A DNA stretch of 64,000 nt, taken from positions 1,440,001-1,504,000 of the forward strand of contig OY759316.1 in NCBI GenBank assembly GCA_963662275.1. Reading direction: 5' to 3'. Below, one piece after another: positions 40,750 to 50,017 of the stretch (position 1 is its first letter; every line of letters starts with the position of its first letter). The position numbers and the translations under genes were made by a program. Source of the stretch: Candidatus Cloacimonadales bacterium. Its GTDB lineage: Bacteria; Cloacimonadota; Cloacimonadia; Cloacimonadales; DAONDQ01. The notes beneath the pieces were generated by a model. The model worked only from the letters and a program-made list of their open reading frames with translations. It had not been told where the DNA came from and did no database searches.

Positions 40750-42642
40750 GGAGATGTCCCGAAACTAGCATGATTTTATTTTCTTCTGTTGTAAAATATG
40801 TGATTGTTTTTACAGGCAAACTAAATTACTCAATAGTTTCCGAAAAGCGATGCAAAGACAAGGAAAAACGGAGTAATATTTACCTAATTCATGTTTGAAT
40901 TCTGGTAGGAAGAGTCTTCATCAGGCTTTTCCTTCAGTATTTTGTAAGTGCAGAAACATTTTCCCTATATTATGTCCTAAAAAGAGGAGGGATAACTGTT
41001 CCTTGCATTTTCTCAATGAACGGACAGTAAATCTCTCAAACTTCCTGTTCCACTTCATGAAAGCAAATACAGCCTCCGGTTCGATGCCTCTTTGCTTTCT
41101 CAGCTTGTCGCCTTTTTCAGAAAGCAGATTATTGACTGTCTGACGTTTTAGTGGAGCTATATGAGGATCGTAGGTCAGTGATTTATGTGTTTTATCCTTG
41201 TAGGGAATACACTTTTTATTGTGAGGACATTCTCTGCAGTCATTACATATATAGGTTTTCACGATTCGTTTCGGACCGTTCTTCTCTGTCTCTTCTTCCT
41301 TGATTTTGACCAGTCTCCGATTAAATTGACAGACCCACTCATCATGCTCCTCATCATAGCTGAAGCCTGTCAGAAGAGAGTCCCGATAATCTCTCTTATA
41401 ATCCTGGGTCTTGAGATAGCTTGTTATCTCTTTTTCAGCAGCATAATTCAAATTCAGCGCAGTGCCATAGGCAGCATCTCCAACAACGTCGGTAGGATAT
41501 TGTCCCAATTCATCATGCATTTGCTCCATGAGATTGGGAAATTCAACGGTTTCTTTAGGGATATTGAATAAGTGAATGCCTGTGACAAATTGCTCTGAAG
41601 TTCCGATACTGGCAACATAACCCGGTGCCAGCTGTCCATTTTTCAATCGCATAAATGTGGCATCATTATCAGTCTTGGATGTGCTGCTGCGTCCTTCTCC
41701 AATTATCTCAAGCTGTTGCTCATATTTCTCCAGCTTAGTTATATCATTGCTCTTTGATTTGGAGATTTCGCGCAAAAGAGATTTGATTTTCTTGATAGCC
41801 CGAGTATCTGACGGATGATTTTTCTGTAGTCGGGACATTGCTTCTTTCAGCTTGTTTTCTGCTGAGACCAGTCTATCTCTGATCTGTTCAGATGCGACTG
41901 TAGCAGTTTTCTCTGATTCAACCGCATGCAATTGCTCACCAAGCTCAAGAAGATCAGCGGTTCCATATTGCTGTTGCTCTTCCTGATTATATTCCTCGAT
42001 CTTTTTAAACAATCCCTCAACTCGTGTCTTGACCAGTTCCTGATAACGAAGCGCATTGCTTTTCCAGATGTAGGAATTCTTGCCGGCATTTGCGTGAATC
42101 GTCGTCCCGTCAACAAAACAGGTGTCGAGATCAAGATATCCTAATGATGATGCTTTCAGTACTACCTGATAAAATACATCAATAAGAATATCAGAACACT
42201 TAGTCCAGGCAAAGGTGTTGATCGTTCTGAAATCAGGTTCCTGTTCTCCTGCCAGCCAGATAAAATTGATGTTCTCCCGAACAGCCTTAGCTATCTTCCG
42301 ACAGGTATAAATACCATTGATATAGGCATACACAATGATCTTCAACATCATCTTGGGATGATAAGCAGGTGTACCTTCATCAGAGTATCTTGTATATAGC
42401 TCAGATAAGTCCAGTTGCTCAACGACATCGTTAACATAACGAACCATGTGCTGGGGAGGTATTCTCTCTTCAATATTAAGTCCATAGAGTGTCCCCTGAT
42501 TCGGATTGTGCTCTCTGAAATTCATAATTCTCTCTATGCTTAGTTTTTAAAGGCAACAATACACCCTATAACAATATGTCAAGTAATATGATTAATATTT
42601 AATAGTTGCTATTTTTCTATCATTTAGTTTCGGGACATCTCC
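40750..42642 (-). mobile_element. IS1182-family insertion sequence, copy 2 (1893 bp)
   Basis: Same inverted repeats as copy 1; at least three synonymous differences seen. Confidence 0.92.
40921..42525 (-). CDS. IS1182-family DDE transposase
   Basis: Protein identical to 7152-8756. Confidence 0.92.
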   Translation of the reverse strand: MNFREHNPNQGTLYGLNIEERIPPQHMVRYVNDVVEQLDLSELYTRYSDEGTPAYHPKMMLKIIVYAYINGIYTCRKIAKAVRENINFIWLAGEQEPDFRTINTFAWTKCSDILIDVFYQVVLKASSLGYLDLDTCFVDGTTIHANAGKNSYIWKSNALRYQELVKTRVEGLFKKIEEYNQEEQQQYGTADLLELGEQLHAVESEKTATVASEQIRDRLVSAENKLKEAMSRLQKNHPSDTRAIKKIKSLLREISKSKSNDITKLEKYEQQLEIIGEGRSSTSKTDNDATFMRLKNGQLAPGYVASIGTSEQFVTGIHLFNIPKETVEFPNLMEQMHDELGQYPTDVVGDAAYGTALNLNYAAEKEITSYLKTQDYKRDYRDSLLTGFSYDEEHDEWVCQFNRRLVKIKEEETEKNGPKRIVKTYICNDCRECPHNKKCIPYKDKTHKSLTYDPHIAPLKRQTVNNLLSEKGDKLRKQRGIEPEAVFAFMKWNRKFERFTVRSLRKCKEQLSLLFLGHNIGKMFLHLQNTEGKA

Positions 42643-42824
42643 TTAAATTATTCTCAATTTATTGACATTGACTGGGCTATTATCTGCCATCCATGCAGGA
42701 TTCGGAAGTATTTTCTGTTTATTTCCACCCACCCATAGCTGACGCTATGGGCTATCATCTTGCATACATGTGGGAATTGTTCATTCGTTGATGCTCCCCC
42801 ACCCATAGCTGACGCTATGGGCTA

Positions 42825-44694
42825 GTACGATAGTGATAGATAGAAATCGGATGGGTGCAAGTCCCATTTCAGGCTACGTCATGCCTGGTAGTCTATGTAA
42901 CTGCTTCATCGTGAGATGGGGTGGGGAGTAACAAATGACGAAACAGCAGTCCGTAGGATAACGAACTCGATTCGGCAGGATACAATGTCGAGCTTGCTAG
43001 CCTTAAGCGAAGACCAAAATCTTCTGGAATGATGCACTTCGGGTGAACCGGAGTTTCCCCCGGAAGATGGCAGACAGGCTGAGATGACGTGCAAAAGCCA
43101 TGTACTGATTGTATCAAGTGACTGGAGACGGAATGTTGTGAAGGTTTCTATCTCAAGCTATGAGACCTGCTGATGGGAAGAGACATCAGCAGGAGTCAGA
43201 GTGTTCATAGTAGCGATGATATTCAGGACACTATAACCTGAAAGTAGCGAAGGGGCACAGGAAAATGAATTTTGAAAGGAGTATTGATGGAAGATCAACG
43301 TTCATTATTGCCGAAAACGGCTAAACAAGAACGAGAAATCCCTCCGCAATGGAGTTGGGTGGAACCGTCAGTATGGTCTGACAAAATGTTGGCAGCGCTC
43401 GAAATGGGCGTCAAAGGTGGAAAATGGTTCAGTCTGATAGACAAGGTATATGCCATGGCAAACCTTGCATCAGCTTGGAAACACGTGGCATCCAACAGAG
43501 GTAGTGCCGGTATCGACAATGTCAGCATCCAGCACTACAAAAGACATGCGCTGGCAAGATTAGTACGAACCTCCGAACTGTTGCAAAAGGAAGCGTATCA
43601 ACCCAATGGAATCAAACGTGTCTGGATAGATAAACCGGGCAGTAAGGAAAAGAGACCTTTGGGCATACCGACCGTCACGGACAGAGTAGTACAAACAGCA
43701 CTGCGCAATGTAATCGAACCGATATTTGAACAGGGATTTGCCGAACACAGTTATGGCTTTCGTCCCAAACGCGACTGCAAAGATGCTTTAAGACAAGTCG
43801 ATGGACTTCTCAAGCAGGGATACGTCTTTGTTGTGGATGCAGACCTGAAAGGATACTTTGACAGTATACCGCAGGACAAGCTGATGAAGCGTGTAGGAGA
43901 AAAGATAGCAGACGGGAAAGTTCTGAATCTTATCAATGACTATTTGAATCAAAAAGTAATGGATACAACGTCAACCTGGACACCGGAAACGGGAACACCT
44001 CAGGGAGCAGTTATCAGTCCATTACTGGCAAACATTTATCTGAATCCTCTGGACTGGCTTATGGCAGGCAAAGGCTATAGAATGATACGCTATGCGGATG
44101 ATTTTGTAGTCATGTGTCAAAGTCGAGAGGAAGCAGAAATGGCTTTATGTACAATAGGCGAATGGGTTGAAAAAGCAGGTCTGGTTTTGCATCCTGAAAA
44201 GACTAAAATACTGGACGCAGAAACGGAAGCGGTGGAATTTTTAGGATACCACTTCTTCAAGGGTAAAAGATACCCCAGACAGAAGAGTATCAACAAGTTC
44301 AAAGACAGCATCCGTAAATGTACCGGACGCAGTAATGCCCACAGCTTACAAACCATAATAGCTAAAATCAAGCCGATTCAAAGAGGTTGGTTCGAGTATT
44401 ACAAACACTGTTACAAAACAGTCTTTCCTAACTTGGATGGCTGGGTAAGACACAGGCTACGCAGTATCCTCAGAAAGAGGAAAAAGCGCTATGGTATTGC
44501 CACAGGAAAAGACAATATCAGGTATCCAAATTACATCTTTGATAATGCTGGGTTTTTCTCATTAACCAAAGCCCATCAGGAATTATGTCAATCTCTTAAA
44601 TGAGAACTCGTTTTCTGGAGAGCCGTATGCGGGAGAACCGCACGTACGGTTCGGAGGGAGGGGAGCCAGTAATGGATTACTCCCCTACCCCTAT
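42825..44694 (+). mobile_element. Group II intron, copy 2
   Basis: Same boundaries and length as 9060-10929. Confidence 0.95.
43287..44603 (+). CDS. ltrA: Group II intron reverse transcriptase/maturase
   Basis: Protein identical to copy 1. Confidence 0.95.
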   Translation: MEDQRSLLPKTAKQEREIPPQWSWVEPSVWSDKMLAALEMGVKGGKWFSLIDKVYAMANLASAWKHVASNRGSAGIDNVSIQHYKRHALARLVRTSELLQKEAYQPNGIKRVWIDKPGSKEKRPLGIPTVTDRVVQTALRNVIEPIFEQGFAEHSYGFRPKRDCKDALRQVDGLLKQGYVFVVDADLKGYFDSIPQDKLMKRVGEKIADGKVLNLINDYLNQKVMDTTSTWTPETGTPQGAVISPLLANIYLNPLDWLMAGKGYRMIRYADDFVVMCQSREEAEMALCTIGEWVEKAGLVLHPEKTKILDAETEAVEFLGYHFFKGKRYPRQKSINKFKDSIRKCTGRSNAHSLQTIIAKIKPIQRGWFEYYKHCYKTVFPNLDGWVRHRLRSILRKRKKRYGIATGKDNIRYPNYIFDNAGFFSLTKAHQELCQSLK

Positions 44695-44834
44695 TCATCT
44701 TGCATACATGTGGGAATTGTTCATTCGTTGACGCTCCCCCACCCATAGCTTACGCTATGGGCTATCATCTTGCATACATATGGGAATTGTTCATTCGTTG
44801 ACGCTCCCCCACCCATAGCTGACGCTATGGGCTA

Positions 44835-46704
44835 GTACGATAGTGATAGATAGAAATCGGATGGGTGCAAGTCCCATTTCAGGCTACGTCATGCCTGGTA
44901 GTCTATGTAACTGCTTCATCGTGAGATGGGGTGGGGAGTAACAAATGACGAAACAGCAGTCCGTAGGATAACGAACTCGATTCGGCAGGATACAATGTCG
45001 AGCTTGCTAGCCTTAAGCGAAGACCAAAATCTTCTGGAATGATGCACTTCGGGTGAACCGGAGTTTCCCCCGGAAGATGGCAGACAGGCTGAGATGACGT
45101 GCAAAAGCCATGTACTGATTGTATCAAGTGACTGGAGACGGAATGTTGTGAAGGTTTCTATCTCAAGCTATGAGACCTGCTGATGGGAAGAGACATCAGC
45201 AGGAGTCAGAGTGTTCATAGTAGCGATGATATTCAGGACACTATAACCTGAAAGTAGCGAAGGGGCACAGGAAAATGAATTTTGAAAGGAGTATTGATGG
45301 AAGATCAACGTTCATTATTGCCGAAAACGGCTAAACAAGAACGAGAAATCCCTCCGCAATGGAGTTGGGTGGAACCGTCAGTATGGTCTGACAAAATGTT
45401 GGCAGCGCTCGAAATGGGCGTCAAAGGTGGAAAATGGTTCAGTCTGATAGACAAGGTATATGCCATGGCAAACCTTGCATCAGCTTGGAAACACGTGGCA
45501 TCCAACAGAGGTAGTGCCGGTATCGACAATGTCAGCATCCAGCACTACAAAAGACATGCGCTGGCAAGATTAGTACGAACCTCCGAACTGTTGCAAAAGG
45601 AAGCGTATCAACCCAATGGAATCAAACGTGTCTGGATAGATAAACCGGGCAGTAAGGAAAAGAGACCTTTGGGCATACCGACCGTCACGGACAGAGTAGT
45701 ACAAACAGCACTGCGCAATGTAATCGAACCGATATTTGAACAGGGATTTGCCGAACACAGTTATGGCTTTCGTCCCAAACGCGACTGCAAAGATGCTTTA
45801 AGACAAGTCGATGGACTTCTCAAGCAGGGATACGTCTTTGTTGTGGATGCAGACCTGAAAGGATACTTTGACAGTATACCGCAGGACAAGCTGATGAAGC
45901 GTGTAGGAGAAAAGATAGCAGACGGGAAAGTTCTGAATCTTATCAATGACTATTTGAATCAAAAAGTAATGGATACAACGTCAACCTGGACACCGGAAAC
46001 GGGAACACCTCAGGGAGCAGTTATCAGTCCATTACTGGCAAACATTTATCTGAATCCTCTGGACTGGCTTATGGCAGGCAAAGGCTATAGAATGATACGC
46101 TATGCGGATGATTTTGTAGTCATGTGTCAAAGTCGAGAGGAAGCAGAAATGGCTTTATGTACAATAGGCGAATGGGTTGAAAAAGCAGGTCTGGTTTTGC
46201 ATCCTGAAAAGACTAAAATACTGGACGCAGAAACGGAAGCGGTGGAATTTTTAGGATACCACTTCTTCAAGGGTAAAAGATACCCCAGACAGAAGAGTAT
46301 CAACAAGTTCAAAGACAGCATCCGTAAATGTACCGGACGCAGTAATGCCCACAGCTTACAAACCATAATAGCTAAAATCAAGCCGATTCAAAGAGGTTGG
46401 TTCGAGTATTACAAACACTGTTACAAAACAGTCTTTCCTAACTTGGATGGCTGGGTAAGACACAGGCTACGCAGTATCCTCAGAAAGAGGAAAAAGCGCT
46501 ATGGTATTGCCACAGGAAAAGACAATATCAGGTATCCAAATTACATCTTTGATAATGCTGGGTTTTTCTCATTAACCAAAGCCCATCAGGAATTATGTCA
46601 ATCTCTTAAATGAGAACTCGTTTTCTGGAGAGCCGTATGCGGGAGAACCGCACGTACGGTTCGGAGGGAGGGGAGCCAGTAATGGATTACTCCCCTACCC
46701 CTAT
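44835..46704 (+). mobile_element. Group II intron, copy 3
   Basis: Same boundaries and length; begins 140 bp after copy 2. Confidence 0.93.
45297..46613 (+). CDS. ltrA: Group II intron reverse transcriptase/maturase
   Basis: Protein identical to copy 1. Confidence 0.93.
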   Translation: MEDQRSLLPKTAKQEREIPPQWSWVEPSVWSDKMLAALEMGVKGGKWFSLIDKVYAMANLASAWKHVASNRGSAGIDNVSIQHYKRHALARLVRTSELLQKEAYQPNGIKRVWIDKPGSKEKRPLGIPTVTDRVVQTALRNVIEPIFEQGFAEHSYGFRPKRDCKDALRQVDGLLKQGYVFVVDADLKGYFDSIPQDKLMKRVGEKIADGKVLNLINDYLNQKVMDTTSTWTPETGTPQGAVISPLLANIYLNPLDWLMAGKGYRMIRYADDFVVMCQSREEAEMALCTIGEWVEKAGLVLHPEKTKILDAETEAVEFLGYHFFKGKRYPRQKSINKFKDSIRKCTGRSNAHSLQTIIAKIKPIQRGWFEYYKHCYKTVFPNLDGWVRHRLRSILRKRKKRYGIATGKDNIRYPNYIFDNAGFFSLTKAHQELCQSLK

Positions 46705-47092
46705 TCATCTTGCATACATGTGGGAATTGTTCATTCGTTGACGCTCCCCCACCCATAGCTTACGCTATGGGCTATCATCTTGCATACATATGGGAATTGT
46801 TCATTCTTTGACGCTCCCCCACCCATAGCTTACGCTATGGGCTATCATCTTGCATACATATGGGAATTGTTCATTCGTTGACGCTCTCCCACCCATAGCT
46901 TACGCTATGGGCTATCATCTTGCATACATATGGGAATTGTTCATTCGTTGACGCTCCCCCACCCATAGCTTACGCTATGGGCTGATCATCTGGCATCCCA
47001 TCGCTCACGATATAGGTTTGAATTTTAGATTGACATCATAGCATAAATATGGAATAAATTGTTTAATCATTCTCAGAAAAGGGAAGCATGAT

Positions 47093-48079
47093 ATGAGCAC
47101 ATCAGATCATAAGCGAAAGCTTAAAATACCTGTTTTGTCGGCTTTTATCATCATGTTCGTGATATTTTCGGCGATGACGTATCAGCACAGGGTTCAGATG
47201 AATCGGAAAGCGAAAGCGATCTATTCCAGGAAGGACATAGCCTATGCTAGAGGTAATAATCTGTACCTTCTGAACATTACAACGGGTGATTCCACCTGTA
47301 TTCCTGCCAATGGTATCGTTGCCTCGCCCACATTCGATAATAGCGGAAGGAATGTCTATTTCCTGAGCAATACGGAATCCGGTGCTGAAAACAATCACTT
47401 TGTTACCTGCAATATCTTCAAATATGATATCGATGCAGGAAAACTAAGCCAGGTGACCAGTAAGCGATTCGATAACCTCTGGCTTGAACTTCCCACTCAT
47501 TTGAATCTATTTTTTGACAAGTCTGATGTGCTGTTTTTGACGATGTTTGACCTGGAAAACGTGCAGATGTTTCAAATCGATACAAAGCAAAATCAATTGC
47601 AGGTATATGACAGCGAGCAAGCTCTTGAAAGCAGAACTGTTTGCTCTGATTCGCTGACATTCAATGGAACAGTCATCGTGAATCGGAAAACAGAAGGCAT
47701 CTATGAGCTTGTTCTGCAAAAGAGCGATGGAACACTGACACGACTATCCCATACAGTGCTATATAAAAGAGATTCGGAGTTACTTGATGAGAAAGCACGC
47801 TTTGTCCTATCTCCAGATCGGAAGTCACTCGTATTCGCAATTGTGACTGAAATGGGGGATTTCTTGCACGGTCCGCTATTCTCAGTGGATTTGGATGGCA
47901 AGCATCAGACACACCTCCTGGAAGACGGTTTCGACAGAATTGCGATCCAGGAAACATACTGGATTTCCGGCAGTTCTTTCCTCTATATCGATGACAACGG
48001 AAATCTGATGTCGGTAAATGTCATAGGGGAGAAGAAGCTTATTAGGAAACATGTTTCTGCTTTTACCGCAAAGCAGTAG
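47093..48079 (+). CDS. TolB-like beta-propeller protein
   Basis: N-terminal TM; SPTFD..GRNVYF and LSPDRKSLVF (PD40-like). Confidence 0.65.
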   Translation: MSTSDHKRKLKIPVLSAFIIMFVIFSAMTYQHRVQMNRKAKAIYSRKDIAYARGNNLYLLNITTGDSTCIPANGIVASPTFDNSGRNVYFLSNTESGAENNHFVTCNIFKYDIDAGKLSQVTSKRFDNLWLELPTHLNLFFDKSDVLFLTMFDLENVQMFQIDTKQNQLQVYDSEQALESRTVCSDSLTFNGTVIVNRKTEGIYELVLQKSDGTLTRLSHTVLYKRDSELLDEKARFVLSPDRKSLVFAIVTEMGDFLHGPLFSVDLDGKHQTHLLEDGFDRIAIQETYWISGSSFLYIDDNGNLMSVNVIGEKKLIRKHVSAFTAKQ

Positions 48080-48413
48080 CACAGACAGTCTTGTCTGTTT
48101 TGTGAGAGTGTCGTCCCGAACTTGAAATGGGATGCGGAGTGAAAGGGAATAGGAAATGATATGGAAGAGACTAGATACCAGGGGCTAGAGTCTAGGAGTT
48201 AAAATAGGATTGAAGATTGGCAGAGAAGAACCGCCTGAAGGCAGCGCTACTGAAGGTGGAAGAACGCATCCTGTGCTGACTGCTGGATCGGAATCAAGGG
48301 AAGTTCGAAGTACGAAAGGAAGTAGGGTTCAATAAAAGTTAAACAGCATGTATATCTTGACAATACTGGGCTATAATGAGTTCTACGAATATTCATCCCT
48401 TTAAGGAGTAATT

Positions 48414-49094
48414 ATGTGTAGAACCAGTATTTTTCAAATCCTATTCATCCTGATATTCTCAATTTTCATTTCCAATCTCCTGGCAGACCAAGCCAACCAG
48501 CAAAAAATGGAAGCTCAATTCCGTGATGAAACCGGATTCGAAGGCACGATCAAGTGGTGGAATAGTGATGATACAATGAAAGAACTGGAAGGCTATTTCC
48601 CCGATATGCCAATTTCAATGGATCTCGAGTGGGATGATAATGCTGCAAATGCTAATGAGATATTTCTTAGTTTAGTTCCTTATTCAGGTTTGAAGAAGGA
48701 AGACTTTTTTCCTATTGTTAATGGTGCTGACTTTTATAACTTTAATCAGAAATTGAATGGAAGGAAAATGAGCAATTATGGTGCTATCGAATTTTGCATG
48801 ATGGGGGATGGTAATATCTTCATCAGTGCAAGTACGATCCTGAAAGTGAATGCTCCACTCAATCCAAAACTGACAGTCGATGAAGCTTATACAAAATTTA
48901 CTCAAGTTGCTGTTCCTGCCGACATCATTCCTCAATCTGACATGAAATGTGAATTAACCTATATAGTACCTTCCACCTATGTGGATAATCCTGATATGAA
49001 GCCTACGGAATACCTTTTAACCTGGCTGATGATGGCTTATGATAAATGGTATTATATTGATGCAATAACAGGAAAACTGGTGAAGAAAAATTAG
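48414..49094 (+). CDS. Secreted protein with PepSY-like C-terminus
   Basis: Signal peptide; YYIDAITGKLV; paralogue of 62722-63399. Confidence 0.65.
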   Translation: MCRTSIFQILFILIFSIFISNLLADQANQQKMEAQFRDETGFEGTIKWWNSDDTMKELEGYFPDMPISMDLEWDDNAANANEIFLSLVPYSGLKKEDFFPIVNGADFYNFNQKLNGRKMSNYGAIEFCMMGDGNIFISASTILKVNAPLNPKLTVDEAYTKFTQVAVPADIIPQSDMKCELTYIVPSTYVDNPDMKPTEYLLTWLMMAYDKWYYIDAITGKLVKKN

Positions 49095-49104
49095 GCTTGC
49101 AGAA

Positions 49105-49209
49105 GCGGACAGGGTACAGGGTACAGGGGACAGGGTACAGGGGACAGGGTACAGGGGACAGGGTACAGCGTACAGCATACAGGGTACAGGGGACAGGGTA
49201 CAGGGGACA
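49105..49209. repeat. Heptamer tandem repeat (GGGKACA)n, 15 units
   Basis: Same family as 28003-28184 on the opposite strand. Confidence 0.95.
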
Positions 49210-49288
49210 GGGAAGAGAAGAGTTGTCGTTCTTCCGAACGCGCCTACAGGTTTTCTATTATTAAATCTCTTTGAAATCAAAACACTTC

Positions 49289-49335
49289 TTGACAGATTGT
49301 TCTTCTTTATTAAATAAACATACATGAATGTATGT
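49289..49335 (+). promoter_or_regulatory. Promoter with AcrR-like operator
   Basis: TTGACA at 49289; palindrome ACATACA-TGAA-TGTATGT at 49318-49335 resembles AcrR half-sites. Confidence 0.6.
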
Positions 49336-49348
49336 AAAGAAGGGAATA

Positions 49349-50017
49349 ATGAGAAGAACAAAGATTGAGACTGAAGAAACCAGGAAAGCAATCCTAAGTG
49401 CAGCCTTGATTACTTTCAGCAAAAAGGGATACGATAATACAACCCTGGAAGAGATCGCAGATGTTGCCAATTTGACACGAGGAGCAGTTTACTGGCATTT
49501 CAAAAACAAAGAAGATTTGCTGAATATTCTATTGGAAGAATATGAGGGATCCTTGTTATTGAGAATCCAGGGATTCCTGAAAGACAGGAAGTTGAAGAAG
49601 ATGTCATTGAGTGAGAGAGCTTTATTGTGGATTACTCTTTGGGTAGAGACAATGGTGTCGGAAAGGAATCTATTCAGAACACGGGCGGTTTATAACATAC
49701 ATTATCCAGAAAGAATGTCAGAAAAACGCAAAGAGACTAATATACAACTCATGGAATCCGTGAAAGCGATATTTCTTCCGAAATTGGATGAAATCAAGAA
49801 TCCAAATAGGGAAGAAGCATTGTTCTTTGTGATTATGGTCATTGATACATCTTCTGCCTATAAAATCATTCTTGAAGAGATGCATGACCATCTGCTGCCG
49901 GGGATAAACAGTCAAATGCTGATCTGTGAATATCATCAGTTATTCAATTCCTATCTAGGTTTGGATCACGTTTCAGTAAAAGCTGGCATTTCAACAGTCA
50001 AACGAGATGTGAAATGA
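49349..50017 (+). CDS. TetR/AcrR family regulator
   Basis: MRRTK..TEETR, TTLEEIA..ANLTRGAVYWHFKNK. Confidence 0.92.
   Translation: MRRTKIETEETRKAILSAALITFSKKGYDNTTLEEIADVANLTRGAVYWHFKNKEDLLNILLEEYEGSLLLRIQGFLKDRKLKKMSLSERALLWITLWVETMVSERNLFRTRAVYNIHYPERMSEKRKETNIQLMESVKAIFLPKLDEIKNPNREEALFFVIMVIDTSSAYKIILEEMHDHLLPGINSQMLICEYHQLFNSYLGLDHVSVKAGISTVKRDVK

Larger units (their letters stand above)
42732..46984 (+). repeat. Tandem array of 70-bp REP units (8 hairpins) interrupted by two introns
   Basis: Hairpins at 42732, 42802, 44742, 44812, 46752, 46822, 46892, 46962. Confidence 0.92.

Noticed and set aside
7035..42642. Inversion or composite transposon between the inverted IS1182 copies
   Set aside because: Both flanks of copy 1 match one contiguous empty site near 11750-11850, the interval holds housekeeping genes, and there is no outer TSD
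46705..46984. CRISPR array next to a reverse transcriptase
   Set aside because: The sequences between hairpins are near-identical rather than unique spacers, and there are no cas genes in the window
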